From NCBI RefSeq assembly GCF_009914755.1, contig NC_060937.1: a DNA stretch of 64,000 nucleotides; one strand, written 5' to 3'. The position numbers were made by a program, and so were the translations under genes. The notes beneath the pieces were generated by a model that was given only the letters and a program-made list of their open reading frames with translations, was not told where the DNA came from and ran no database searches. Shown here one piece after another: positions 1 through 16,415 of the stretch (positions are counted from its first letter, which is position 1; the number at the start of each line of letters is the position of its first letter). This stretch comes from the human T2T-CHM13v2.0 reference genome, Homo sapiens.

Positions 1-193
1 GGAACAACACACACTGGGGCCTGTTGGGGTGGGGTGGTGGGAGGGAGCATCAGGAAAAATTAGCTAATGCATGCTGGGCTTAATACCTATGTGATGGGAT
101 GATAGGTGCAACCAACCACCATGGCACATGTTTACTTATGTAACAAACCTACACGTCCTGCACATGTATCCTGGAACTTAAAATAAAATAAAA
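1..193 (+). mobile_element. L1 3' end (older L1PA/L1PB type) with A-rich tail
   Basis: L1 3'UTR text (gctaatgcatgctgggcttaatacct...gtaacaaacctacacgtcctgcacatgtatcctggaacttaaaataaaa); truncated by the window edge. Confidence 0.85.
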
Positions 194-682
194 TTTATAT
201 ATATATATATAAAATATAGTCCTTTTTAATATAAGAGGATCAAGAGACTCCACTGTGTGACTCTTCTGTCATTTATTTAACTAATCTTTGACTCATGGAC
301 ATTTTAGTAGCTTCAATGTTTAGCTACAGAATACATCTTTGTGCATGTACTTTTAAACTTGTCTGATTTTTTTCTCCATTGGATAAATTCTTAAAATGTA
401 TCATTTACACTGTTATCCTATAATGCTACCTGGTTTGTGTGAAAAGAGAAGCATTCAAATAGTTCATGCAACAAGCAGTAGACCTTCCTCACTGTGACCC
501 ATTCTTCCCTATGCCTGGCACATAATACTCTTTTCCTCAAAAGAATTTTATTAGCAGTTAACATTCATATAGAAAAGTACACAGATCATAAAGACATAAG
601 ATATCATAAAGACATAATTTATGTGTTCAATTTGACACACCCATATAAATGGTGCCAGGCTCAAAAAAAAAATTTACTAATG

Positions 683-1663
<981 letters not shown>

Positions 1664-2189
1664 TACCCTCTGCCATTCTCCTCAAGGCAAAACTGTCGTT
1701 CTAACAACTACTCATGGGAAAGTCTTTGGTGAGCTTGGATGCTAGTCTCAGACCTTCAGAAAGACTCCTCGCCAACAAAATGGGTCTAGTTGAATGGAAT
1801 GAGTTTCTAAGATCTTTCAGTCTGTTCAAGTGTCGCCTTATTATCCCTGTCGGTTTTGGCCTTACATTTTTCCACTGAACTCCCTGCTTGGCACATATTT
1901 TGATTCATATGATGAAAAGCCTCTGGATTAAAAAAAATTAACTTCTTTTTTGTCTGCCTTCCTCTTGTTAGCCACTCAGCTCAGCTCTGAGTATAGAGTG
2001 GATTTAGGGTTGGAAAGGGGGTGCTAGGCCCTCAATTTGTGGTCTCTTTCACTAGCTGGAGTTCCTACTACATATCCTTTTTCAAAAACAAGTGACATAT
2101 AAACAATGACCTTCAAACTTCACTTAACTTTTGGGGGTGTCATTTTCCTGATTGCTAAAGACTTGTAGCTCTCTGATTCTATGAAAATT

Positions 2190-2380
2190 TTTTTCTTTTG
2201 TTGTTATTGCTGCTTGTGTGGTTTTTAGTTTTCAATGGTTTTACTTTGTTGTTGTTGTTGTCGTTTTGTTTGTTTGTTTCTGGTTTTGAGACGGAGTCTC
2301 GCTCTGTTGCCAGGCTGGAGTGCAGTGGTGCGATCTCTGCTCACTATAACCTCCGCCTCCCGGTTCAAGCGATTCTCCTG
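2190..2380 (-). mobile_element. 5'-truncated Alu (right-arm fragment with degenerate T/GT-rich tail)
   Basis: gagacggagtctcgctctgttgccaggctggagtgcagtgg...gattctcctg. Confidence 0.85.
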
Positions 2381-4370
2381 TTTTTTAATAGGGGAAAGTT
2401 AAGATTTAGAGGGACTATAAAGGAAAACAAAAGAATAAATCAGGTACCTAGTACCTGCTATATATTTGCAGTTAGTTGTACGATGAATGAAAAAAGAGAA
2501 TATTTGCTTCTCTTGTGCTCATCTGTTTTCACTCCTCTTATTATTTTCCTAAGAAGCTGAGGTTTTTGGATTAGTTCCCTGGCATAGTGCTGGTAAGGAG
2601 ATTGCTGCTCACATCACCATGGCTATGATCTGCGTCAAGTACTACTCGAAGCACAGTCCATGCACCAGCGCCCATTTGAATTATTACTTATTCGTCATGA
2701 GATACAGAACTCGTGCCAGAATATAAATCAAATAAGGTACTAGGCATACTTTTTAGTTTAACTATTTCCTTTCTTTCTTTTTCTTCTTTTGTAGCAAGAC
2801 TTTCTTGATGAAGGAAGCACTGTATTTGTTGCAGTTTCCTCATCTCACAGGGACCTGTAACCAACATGCCACTGAGGGAGCCAGGTGGCTACTTTGAGTA
2901 GCCCAGATCTCCAAAGTAGCACTTTGTAGTCAAATTGAACATTTGATAAAAATGTAAACATTTTCTTTTTCTGTGCTGATTTGCTATTGAATTTTTCAAG
3001 CTGTTTTTGTTTCATTTTGGTTTGGTTTGGTTTAGCATTGAGATGGAGTAGCTAACAATCCTATGGTATGTGATATTCCTGAATGTAGTGAATTATAATA
3101 AGCTTCCCCTACAATGATCATGAAGTGGGGATTTTCCTTGACCCTTTTTATTTCCACAGATGAGCACAGTGTCATAGGTTGTGATGATAAAGGATTTGTG
3201 ATTTTCAAAGGATGGAATTATCATGGAGTTTAAGAAATTCTTTTAAAAATGCATTCTGGGTCATATTCAGCCAGAGCTTCATAGTCTCACTATGGTAAAC
3301 TCTCTTGATTTTTATTGTGCCCTTCAGAATACATTTGTTACAACCCTCCAGCTTGTTCACAAGAATGTATTTCAGTATTTCCAGCACACTCCTCCATCCT
3401 TTCCTCAATTATCCTGGTGAACAGTTGACCAAATAAAATCTTAGCTTTCTTAGACATTGTTGAAAGACACAGTTGGTTGATTTTTAAAAGTATGGGCATA
3501 GTTTGCCCTGGAACCAGAAACTATTAATTTTATTGCCATAATTGAAACACTTCTAAAATTTAGAGAGCATTCATCATCATTATTCTTTACTGTTGATGCT
3601 TACCCCCTTTGAGTAATCTTTATGATTTTACACAAGATCATTTATTCATTTGTTAAATAAACATTCTTTTGCCTGTAAAGACAGAATAAACATGAGCTAT
3701 CTCTCCAAGAAGCTTCAAGTTTCTTTATTCCCTTATTCTTTCATTCATGCAGCCATCTAACAAATGCTGATTGATCATCCTTATGCCACATTCTGTACTA
3801 GTCTGTGGATATAAGATAGGTGAATTGTTATTTCTTTATTCTAGGACTTCCCAGTTTGTTAAAGCAGATAGGTAAATAAATGTAGTAAGTATAATAAAAT
3901 GTGAGAAATGCTAGTGTAGAAAGGTACAGAAAGTATGCTGAGAATGCAGAGGAGGGAGCCAGAAATTTGCATAGAGAAAGTAGGTAGGGATTTCTATTAG
4001 GTGAATAATAAGCAGATGAGACAGAGGATGGATGGCTTGAGTAGAGACCTGCAGTGAATAAATTGGATTTGGGTTCAAGTTAGGGAGAGGATATGTACAC
4101 ATATAAGGATTGAACATAAGTATTTTTTTAACTGGAGAATTGAAAACAGCATGTTATGCCTGGAACGCAAATCTTAGGTACAATGGTAAAAACGAGACTG
4201 GAAAAGTAGCCTGTGGCCAGATCATAAGGGACAGACCATATAAGAGAAGTCTTAGATTTCTCACTGTAGCTGGCAACTATACAAATTATAGATGCATTAG
4301 ACTCATGCACATAATGATAATATTCTACCCCTTCCTGTACATTGTTAAGAAATATTTGTTCAATGTATGA

Positions 4371-4553
<183 letters not shown>

Positions 4554-4989
4554 TAACCAAAAACAATACCACTGACCCTTGTACGATGAGTTTTTTTTTC
4601 CACTAGGAGTCATGAGTTAGTCTTAATATTCTTATTGCCTCTCACCTGTTCCCATTTGAAACCATTTGGCCTGTTTAAGTGACAGCTGGTCAGGATTATC
4701 CTTATACAGTAGCAGCTCATCATATTTGAGCTTGTTAAGGAACATGTCTTTGGCACTACCAGTAGCTAAATCTCATGCCCTTAAACCTAACACTTCTATG
4801 AAATTAAAGCTAACCAAAACAGCCTTGAAAACCTTCTTTCTCACCAGTGCCAAAATAGAGTTTTAATATATTACATACACAATTCATACAACTCTCAATT
4901 ATTCATAATTTGACTTATTTATGGTCAAATTCTTACAGACCCATAATAAACTCAGCCATCAAAGTATAGTGAGACCTTATGTTAGTTAG

Positions 4990-5375
4990 TAGAAGGAGAA
5001 TGATGCTACAGTAACAAATAAGCCCCAAATCTCAGTGGCTTAAAACAACAAAAGTTTATTAATGTTGACATAAGTGTCAATGGGGCCAGCAAGGGGTGAA
5101 GATACTCACTGTGGTCACTCAAGGATGCAGACTGATAGACATTGGCAGGTACTTACACCATTACACAATAACTGCAGCAGAGGGAAGGGGTGTGGCAAGT
5201 CTCACACTAGGTCTTACATTTTCTATCCAGAAGGGACATGTCACCTTTCATACATTTCATTGGTCAAAATAAGTCATACAGTCACCCTAAATTCAGAGGG
5301 AGTGGGAACATGAAATCCTACGACAGGCCTACGAGAAGGGACATCAGAAATATTTCGTGAACAGCACTAGTGACT
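4990..5375 (-). mobile_element. Old MaLR LTR (MLT1 family)
   Basis: gtaacaaataagccccaaatctcagtggcttaaaacaacaaaagtttatt is typical MLT1 text; boundaries approximate. Confidence 0.6.
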
Positions 5376-5532
5376 ACAAGTCTCAAATACATTCCTCCTC
5401 AACCCACAGTCTCCCCAGAGAGAAGGAATGGAATGAACATACAATTTGGAGACGGAGAGATGTAGTTTGAATTCCAGCCCTGCCTCTAAGTGGTTGGGTG
5501 AGCTTGGACAAGCCTTTAAATTCTCTGAGCTT

Positions 5533-5848
<316 letters not shown>

Positions 5849-7959
5849 CTAAAAAAGATGATGGGAGATAATACTAACTGACTTAATGAGTTGTGGCGAT
5901 TAAAGAAAACACACATACATATACAGACACACATCCAAAATTGGTACATGCTTTTATTTGATAAATACTAGCAGCCATCATTTATGTTACTCTGGTTCTT
6001 TTTTCTCAAACTGATTTGTCTGCACATTCTTTCTCCTCCACAAGCATCCTGGGTTTGCCTTCCTCTGCCAATCATGCTCTGAAGACAGACTGCTACTCCT
6101 CAATGACTTGGGGATGCCCTCACTACCTCTTTCCTCTCTCCTGTACCTCTCATCATTCTTCTGCCATGATGTGTCTCTGCATCCCAGCTCAAACCATTGA
6201 AACGAAAGAGAACTGATACTAGATGTAAAAATAGTGAATAATGGGTGAAAGTGTAGGCTATTTCTACAAATGAATTAAAAATGCAGAGCTCACATCATCT
6301 AAAAGTAAGGTGAAGAGCTCAGCCTTGATAAAGGACTGTCAAAGTCAGTTAAATCTTGTACTAAAGATTATCCATAATTTCCTTGAGTGAAAACATATTT
6401 ATTTATATTTTTAAAAGAATGTGTAACTATCTTCTATAGGTCACTACTTTGGCAGTCTGTTTTCCACAAATAATTCCTAATTATTTTTCAGTTTCACCTT
6501 CTTACATTTTCAAATTGAAATACGCTCTGGGAGAATTTGAGCCTACACTTGTCTATTGCTTCCATATTGTCTTTGACAGGCTCTGGTCTTGAATCGTTAT
6601 CTAAAATGACAACAGGCTGCTGAAGACTTGATTTCCACCCACACTTGATAGCCTGCCATATCATTTTGTTCCATGTTATGAGGAACATGTAGACATTTTC
6701 TTTATTAACCAGACTTTTGAGTTCGCTGTGCCGCCTGTGAGAGAAACAGAGAGCATTGGCAGGCTCGGCCGCTGTGTTCACACTGAGGATTAGCAGGACC
6801 ACGGGAAACCCACATGGGAAGGTGCTTTCCTAATGAAGGACACAACGTCCTCTTTCTGTTTTCTCCCTTCCCAGGTGTCCTTGGAAATCCAGGTAGATGA
6901 GTAATTTTGCAGCCATGAGAGAGCACTTAGTCTCCTTGTATAGATCGTGTTTTATGTAACCTCTGTCTAATATCAGATTCATCTGGCACTGACAATTTCA
7001 GGTCCCTACCTGTATCCTCAGTCATATGATTGGTGATGACTGGGGAAAAGCACTATTCATATAAATGTTTCCTATTTTTTAAAATTGCAGCTGCATTTTG
7101 CCATGACTAGCTTCAATTTCTGAACTGTTCATTGGCCCCTATGACAAAAGACTCTGCCCTGGACTGTAAGTGAGTTCATGGGATCAAGTTTAGACTCTTG
7201 CTACACTAGAGAACTCACCCAAACCAAGGTGATTAAGGAGGTGATTAAGGCTAGTTATAAGAGTTGTAAGGAGTGTGAGCCTTTTTATCTGTGGAACTTG
7301 CTACTTGCAGCCTCTTTCACTTAGCTGCCCAAGTGAAGTCTCTGCTTCTGTTTAGTTTATCTGCTGCTTCTGTTTCCTGAAGTCCCTACTTTGAACCTGG
7401 ACCACGCTGGCTCTTGTGGGTTCTCCCTGATCTTCTCACAGATCACCTACTCATTGGTCCTCATTAGAAAACTGCTAGTCCCAAGCTTTGACTGGGTGTT
7501 TAAACTGCAGGAGAGATATCCTTGGCTGCCTCTGAAGATGACTGATGATGTAAGATGCACATAACAGGATTACTTGCTCCTGGAGGCCCAGATGAGATTC
7601 AGTCCAGTGGGTGGTGGCAGGAGTAGAATTGTGAATAAGGCTTACTAGTGAGTCACCATTCTTGGTCTTCAGGCAGCCTCTCCCACGACCACAGGCACAG
7701 TTTCCTGGTCATATTCAGCTCCCTCTAGTTCATCCTCTGATGCTTCACTGCAAGTGTTTGTGGCTTACTGGGCATCATGAGCTGATGGTAGCAGCAAGTA
7801 GTTGAGCTTTTCTAATGCCCACAGAAGAATCTGGCTTCTATCATTGTATTTCCTTAGAAGTTTCTAACATTTTGGCTGACTTAGCGCATATTTTTCCAAG
7901 CATATTTTCTTAAGTTCCTTGGGACAAATTATTTTCTTCAACTTGCACGTTGCAAATTT

Positions 7960-8345
7960 CTAAAACTGTTGAAAACTTGCAAGAATAATAACAATAAATA
8001 CCTATATATCTGTCAACTAGATTAACCAGTTAACATTTTGACACACTTGTTTTATGTATGTATGCATGTATATGCGTAAGTGTGCATACTTTTTTTTCTA
8101 TTTTGGCTGAACCACTTGAGGGTTAGTTGCTGATAATATGAAGCTTTATGGCTAGATACTTCAATATGCATTTCCTAAGAGCAAGAACATTCTCCTATGT
8201 TACAACTAGGAAATTTAATATTGGTATAATTATCTAATGTACAGTCTATATTCAAATTTCCCCAGTGGTCCTAATAATGTGCTTTATAACAAAGCTGGTT
8301 TTTTTAATTGATCCAAGATCCACCAAGGATCTTACATTGAGGATC
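7960..8345 (-). mobile_element. Ancient L1M (L1MC-like) 3' fragment
   Basis: Degenerate similarity to recalled L1MC 3'UTR (ctgaaccacttgagggttagttgc...atttcctaagagcaagaacattctc). Confidence 0.5.
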
Positions 8346-9720
8346 CTTATAAGGGAAGAAATCTTGAAGTCTGAATCCTACTTTTTTTCTCTGAGTATTC
8401 AGCTGACTACTAAAGAATATAATATGGCCAAAACTGGATGTATCCAAAACTTAGCCTGCCTAAGCTGCCAATTAATAGGCATTATTCTTTTTAAATAGCC
8501 ATTTTACTCTTGAAAGCATTATCATACTTTGACTGTCAGCCACAGAGTACTGGAAGAATGAGATAATTTATTTGGCAAAATTCATATGTATATGTTATGC
8601 CAAACACTTGGCTAATATCTGGATGAGATGGGCAATTTACAGACTATGTAATCAACTAGGGTTCTATCTGTAGTTGTGTTATGAGAAACAATGGTTCATT
8701 AATTCACGGAAATGTGAATTAAAAATGTCATTAAGCGAAAGACTCTGTTAGCTTGAATTCCTATTGGGATATGCAAGACACATAACATTTATGCATATTT
8801 GTGATGTTCTAATCCATTTTTAGGGAATAGGATATTATATAAAGCACCCTAGTTTAAACAAATACATGACTACGGTTGTCAATAGAGATAGATATAAATA
8901 GTGACCTGTGTAATTATTTTGCTAATGCTGAAATTTTTTTTCAGACAAGTGGATCCAAAATCTACCAATGATCTTGCATTACATTAAGGGGAAAAGTATC
9001 TCCTTAATGGGGAATCTTTACTTTTTTTTTTCCAAATTGTGCCTATACACATGATCTTATGGATAGATAATGGTTGTTATTCCTTGTTGTATTCTTATGT
9101 GCAAAAATAGAGAACTTGATACATTGGTTAGTTTACATTGCTCTCTTTCTATGCATCAAGCTTCAACTATCAAGATATTCTAAGTGGCAAAGAAGTTTGG
9201 GGTCTGTGTTATAGAGTGAATAAAATATTTACTGCACATCCATTCTTATAAATTAAAAATACACACACACACACACGCACACAACAACAACAACAACGTA
9301 ATAAGACATTTACAGGAACAGAGACCAACAAAAAGGTTCTCATTAAACTCGTTAGCCTGGATGCCTGTGAGAGATGGAGTTTCAAGTTCTTCCCTGCTCT
9401 CTTAGGACAGTTTTAGAGGCCCACAAAGGCCCCAAGGCCTGAGGATACCTAGTAGTTTACATGCAAAGGATTAAAAACAAAAAAAAAAGCTCTGGCTGAC
9501 TTATTCCCAGGGGTTTGTGACAATCACAAATTTATTTTACAAGCACAAAATCTTTCCAAATATCACTCTCTATATGGAGACTGTTATGAACATTTTCTGG
9601 TTGGACAAAAAATATATATTGGATACAAATTATTTTACTATAGAGACAAAATGAGACACAAAAGAAAAGGAACAGGCACCATTCCATTGTCCTAGCACGG
9701 CATGGTTTTATGAGAATTCT

Positions 9721-10101
<381 letters not shown>

Positions 10102-10738
10102 TAACCAATTTTAGCTGATCTGAGATTAAAAGATGTTTCTCTTAATATACTTCTAAAATATTGGAAATGATCAGAGCAGGATGGGGGGAAAGAATTGATC
10201 CCAAAAGCTCTCATTTAAAATGCTGTAATATCTTGAAAAGCCAATCTTTTTTTTACCTTCTTTCTTCCCATTGATTCATTATGATCTTACTTATGATCTT
10301 CAAGTCATTATTTCTCTGGCTGTTGGCTTTTTCTGTCAATCAAGTGTATAGCCAATGACCTTTTCTCCTGCTCTCTAAAAGTGGCTTTCATCATTCTGCT
10401 GCTTCTTAACCAGTTAGTGTTTTCTTCAACCCGCAGGTTACTCCTTTTCTTGTTTTGATTTAGGCCAATTATGTTAGCCAAGATGGGTCCAGTCTCCCTG
10501 AAGTGCAGGAATTCTACTCCTTGGTCTTTTGTAAACACCATAAAAGAATCATGAAAATGCTATGCCTGGACCTGGTTTTGTACTTGACCGTTTTATCTAG
10601 AAAATTACCCATTTAGCTATACATTTTATTCTAAGAGAGTATCTTTTTAAATAGTTATTCTTGCTAAGGCAGTGATTTGGATATAAAATCCTCCCATGGA
10701 TGTAAACATACTAAAAAATTTATTAAGAATAATAGTTA

Positions 10739-11209
<471 letters not shown>

Positions 11210-14179
11210 TCAACTCTGTTTTATATATCAAGAAAGATATATTGTGAATATTCTGAGAATTATACCTTACGTAGATAACTAATTTTTAAAGAATTAGTGC
11301 AAAATAAGTTCTCTAAAGTAAAAATATTCTGAGTATAATTTATATTTATTTTTATTTTTGCTGAGGAAATATTTTACAAAGCCTAAGAGTAATCCAGGTA
11401 GACAAAAACCATCACTAAGGGAGAGATGGAGAGACTGGGCCGAACCCAAAGCAACCTAATGGCCTGCGCTGGAATTGATTCTTAAAATAAAGCACTGATA
11501 CCAAGCTATTAATTTGTCATTTCTATAATTTTTATCCACCAAAGTACTATGGAAAAACTCTGAGTGTATTTTCTGATCATTCATTTAGATTAAAAAGTAA
11601 ATTAAAAAGATTGTTCATTTTTATCTTTTGTCTCACATCACCCAATGGACGATTCAGAATCTCCATCTCCCCACCTTTCTTCGCATAACATGGCCCTCTA
11701 ATTCAATGTTGTCAATGTGCGATAGCAGATAGATGCAGTTTATTTCCTTAACGTGGCTTTGGTTTTTATCATGCCAATTGAAGGACTCATAATGAGAGTT
11801 CACACAAAACTCTACTCTCCCAAAGCATTGTACTGATAAGTAAAGGCGGTTCTCAAATAGGCAACTCTATGGATGGCTGAGTCAGCTTTGAGTAAGGGTA
11901 GCACGTAAGATAGTAAACTTTATTTCTATTACTGCAAGGCCCAGGGGTAAATGTTTGCCTTTGAATGCAAGTGAAGATTTACATTTAGAGAAGGGTGGTG
12001 GGAAGTGTGTATTGTCAGCAGTAATCTTCTCTCAGCTAGCATGACCTAAAAGGCCACTAAGGAGAGAGAAAGCATTAAAAGAGAAGATAATCATGCAAAG
12101 GGTAAAGGAATGGCTGCAAGGTCTTATATAAAACATGCATTTTCTAAATAGAATGAAAAACAGCTTTGCTCAGATATGATAAGTTCCCTTCTGGATTCTG
12201 GAAATATTCATTTTTAGGTGTTCTACAGAGGAAAAGATCTAATACATCATCTAAAACCATTAATTCCATTCAACTATCAAATCTTCCTTTTGTGTACTGG
12301 AAAAAGCTTTTTATTATGTTGTGTTAATACTTTGTGGCCACTTTCCTCATGGTTTTGAGAGGATCACCTTTTGGAGTATGACAGCAGAACCTGATAATGA
12401 TGGAACATTGATATGGCATCTAACAGCCAGGCCACTCTTTAAATATAAAGTCCGCAAGGGAACAAAGCAGCTTGTCCCAGTTTTCCACAACAACAACAAA
12501 AACCTTTCAAATAGTCGTTATTCACATAGAAATGTATTTGAATAAAGGTCATGAAATTTAAAATTGCTGTGCCATATTTGAGGCTGACTGGTAGCCTGAG
12601 TTTTACAAACTATTGTGTCATAGAAGTCAAGGATGTGGCGCAGGCTGGGCCCATGCGCTGACTGCCATGGGTCCTGCAATGCTTATGTGAGAGCACTCAG
12701 AGATGAGAGCTGGTCAACTCTTCTTCATTTATGGAGAATGAAGGTACGTGCTAGAGAGTATGTTTTTCTTCTTCCCAAACATTATAGTCCTCATAATCCT
12801 TCCGTGGGAAGGAAGTTCTTTAAAAGGGGTCCCAGGGCTGTGGTGCTAAATGACTGGGAACCAGAGACCCCAGGTGTGCGCTGTCTTACGTTGTCTCTCT
12901 GTTTCCCCACCCCACTGGGCACATGGTGAGAGACTGCACATCCCTCCTTCCTCACTTCACTAGGGGACTGCTTTTTTGTAGATTTCTTCCCAGCCCAGGC
13001 TTTTATTACAAGAGACAAAGGGAAAGCTGGTTGACCATGAGCTAAAACATTTCCACAGGTCTTCCTTTATAATGTTGTGATCCAACTGTCTCATTTTCCT
13101 TTCTCAAAAATCACCTTCTGAGGACAGTGATTCTGAGCGGAAAAAAAGCATCAAAATCCCCATGTGGCTTTAGGTGTCACCTGAAATGAGAGTCTGCTGG
13201 CGCTGCCCCGAGACAGGTCAAGGCTATGCATTTAAGATGAAGTCTCTTTCTTCTTTTCCTCAAACCTTATCTGTTTGGGAGCAACAGCCCAAGAAGCATC
13301 ATCTTGAAACACACTCATTTGATTTCATTTCCGCAGTGCAACCTCCAGCCTGTTTCCACACTGTCACAATGCCTAAACACATACAGGCTGGGTCACCCTG
13401 AGCATTATACAGCTACTGTTAAATAAAACCAAAGAGAAAGAAGATATTCCAGTTTTTAAAACTTCAATAAGGAAACGAGAATTAACATCCAAATTAAAAT
13501 TCTTTCTAGCAGTGCACATACTCTGTTGTTTCAGAGTATGAAATGAAATTTGTGTAGCTGTGATTTTAAATTAAGAAGTACCCCGGAAATGGTATTAAAT
13601 CAATAATATTTGGGGGGAATACTTAAGGAAGAAGATATTTAGTTGTGAAATGTCAAATAAGGACACAAGGTTTCATTTCCTTGTTTTCTCCTATTCTTCC
13701 AAGGCCACTTAAAAGATCAGATGCTTTGACCAAACCTTCTGAGCCTCATTTCCTATAAACTCTCCTGTCAACAGTTGAGGCTCATGGTGGGGTTTTGGTC
13801 TGAAAGAAGGCAATCTTCTGGAAGTAAAAACCTACTCTTAGAATATTTACCCTGTAAAATGATATTAACAAGAGGTCTGGTAGCCAGCTGTAAGCTTTAC
13901 CAACTGAATTGCTGATACCAGAGTGACATTGCCTGTGCCTCCAGCACCATCCCTGAAAATGATACAGACTTGGGTAGCAGAGAAGGTAGCTTTAGAAAAA
14001 TCAGCCAACTTCAGCTACACCTGTCGAAACTGTAGGACTAAGAGAGACCTTGAAAGTTCCTCTAGACTTTCTAGAAGGAACTTTCTATCTACTGGCACTT
14101 TACTTGGGATGGCCTTTTATGATTTTCTAAGTATGATTATGGAAAATGTTATCACATCTTAACTCAAGACCTTCTGGAG

Positions 14180-14440
14180 AAGTAGGAAAGGTAGGCATCA
14201 CTGTTGTGCAAATGAGAAAAATAAAAGATCGGGACTAAACTGTGGGCTTGCCCAAAGTAAGTGGCAGATAGGAACTAATTATCCAAAGCATAATTTTTCT
14301 CTTCTTACCACAGTTGAGAAAACCAAGAACACAGTTCAGGCATGGATTCTAGTCACTTTTCTGTCACTGTCTAGCTATGTACCCTGAGTAAATCGCGATG
14401 TTTTTGCATGTCAGTTTTCTCATCTCCAAAATGGGAATAA
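14180..14440. mobile_element. Two MIR fragments in opposite orientations
   Basis: MIR core motifs (caaatgagaaaa...cttgcccaaagt; tcagttttctcatctccaaaatgggaataat). Confidence 0.55.
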
Positions 14441-15644
14441 TTCCTGCTTTACCTGCCCTGCAAAGTAGTCATGAGGAACACACAAGATGCATAGTCTTTG
14501 CCTTATCTGCCCATGCAGAAAAGAAATTATGTTTACATTTGATCCTTCCCACCAAAACCTTAGAGAAATTGAGACCAGATGTTATAGGGGGTGAGGGTGG
14601 GGAGAAGCCAAAAGCCCTTGCTTGTCTTCTAATTAGACATGTGACTTTTGTCAAATCAATTAGCTTCTTTATTTCTCTATTTCCTCTGCTACACTTAGGA
14701 GGTTGTACTTGAACATTTTAAATAGTTTTTCCCATCCAATCTGTGAGGCTTCTATCCTAGTTTTCTTTTCTATGCTACCTCTGCAACTCTTTGCTATATT
14801 CCCCAAAGATGAACGGCTGGAACATTTATGTGCTATAAAAAAGCTAGGTATTGCCAAAACAGTGTAACACATTTGCAGTCCCACTGCGATTCTTCTTCTT
14901 CTTCTTTTTTTTTTTTTTCCTTAAGGTTGGTTAGGAACCTATAGCAGCCTAATGGAATTAAAATCACCAGGCAATGCAAAATGAGGAGTAGGAGTCAAAT
15001 TATTTTAGGAACTACTAAGACACCATCCCTAGCCTACTCAAGAACTCACTAGGACTCATTAGACTGCCTGTCACCCAACAGGGACAGCCCTCTCTGAAGT
15101 GTCCCCACCTTAACAAGGATCATTAGTGCTGTTCAGCTCCAGCCACAGTGGCAAATGTCAACCCCTCCAAGAATCAGCTGCTTAATTAGATTTGGAGAAC
15201 AGAAGGAAAAGGCAAGTTCTCCAGGTAAAATGAAGGGCAGAGTTTAGGAAGAGAAAGCTAGAGGCAGAGTGAATGTTTTCCTGTTAGTTTTGCACCACAA
15301 TGGAAGCAAGATTTAGAAATGTACAGCAAAATTATCTAGAGCCATACAGAGCTAGGAAGAGCATCTTTTCTGGACTAGAAGAAAGACTTATCTATCAGGA
15401 GGGATCCTCTTGTCTCACAACCTGAACACAGTGAAGAGCTTTTCTTTGCACCTGGCTAAGAAGAAATGGTCCCCCCTCCACACTCCTTAAAACACAATAC
15501 CCTACACCCACCCATCCACCAAGTCCCATTATCTCCCACCACACACTAAAGTCATTTTTTTCTCCAATGCTTTACAGTTCAGCATACTTCCATGTCTATT
15601 ATGTTGGTCAGTGCATAACACCATGGGAAGATGAAGCAGGTGTT

Positions 15645-15775
15645 GGACCATTTTACAAATAAGAAAAGTGATGCTCAGAAAACGTAGGTAATTTGCCCAG
15701 TTTCCCAAAGATAATGGAGAACTCAGACCTCAAACCTAAGTCTCTTGACAGCCAACCTGATACTCTCTCTACCAT
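15645..15775 (-). mobile_element. MIR fragment
   Basis: ccattttacaaataagaaaagtgatgctcaga...gtaatttgcccag core. Confidence 0.6.
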
Positions 15776-16391
15776 TCGGAGAGAATCTAACCTTTGTTCT
15801 TCTTCTAAATGAATCTAAAGTTTTTAAATTAAATGCCTAAAGCATGTAAAACAAAGTACCTAGGTACATTTAAGGAAAAGAGTTACATAGAAATGGCACC
15901 TGATTTCAAGGAGATAGAATTTTCATAAACAAATCAGCATCTTACAAACATTCGATAAAAAGCAAACTCACATGTGCAGTGATTTTCCAAAGTGTGCTAG
16001 AGGGATTTACTGGTCAGGAATTATGCTAATGAGCTGGTGAATGTATGGAATTAATTTTCTGGGGGAGGGAGGTTTGGAACTAACTTTCTGTGTTCTCATC
16101 TCAGAGTGTATACTTGGAGCATCTATTGAAATCACAGCAGATGGAGCACATCATAAATGTATTTTCCCTTTTATTTTATCTTCAGCTCCTTGTAGAAACA
16201 TAGCACCTAGGGTACTGTAGACAGAAAATAAACGTTCATTTTTATATCATCATTTGTAATATAAAGACATAAACATGACTGATTCCTAGGGGAGTTATAT
16301 CATCTTGTTTCCTCCATGCTGAGTGTTCTAACTAATCCTTACTGAAATAAAACCTAAAAATGGAATTTAAATGTGATTTTTCTGAAGAATG

Positions 16392-16415
16392 CACTGACTT
16401 GCTTTTTTTTTTCAG
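16392..16415 (+). promoter_or_regulatory. SERTM1: 3' splice site of the SERTM1 terminal exon
   Basis: Branch-point-like cactgac (16392-16398), T11 tract, then CAG at 16413-16415, 173 nt before the ATG. Confidence 0.8.

Noticed and set aside
585-617. Short duplication atcataaagacataa twice, and similar pairs at 7228, 40252, 48763 and 63241, considered as CRISPR-like arrays
   Set aside because: Two-copy slippage duplications without spacers, in a eukaryotic genome with no cas genes
11876-11886. MARE/AP-1-like GCTGAGTCAGC
   Set aside because: An isolated short motif with no independent enhancer evidence
15856-15867. 12-bp palindrome gtacctaggtac
   Set aside because: About this many are expected by chance in 64 kb
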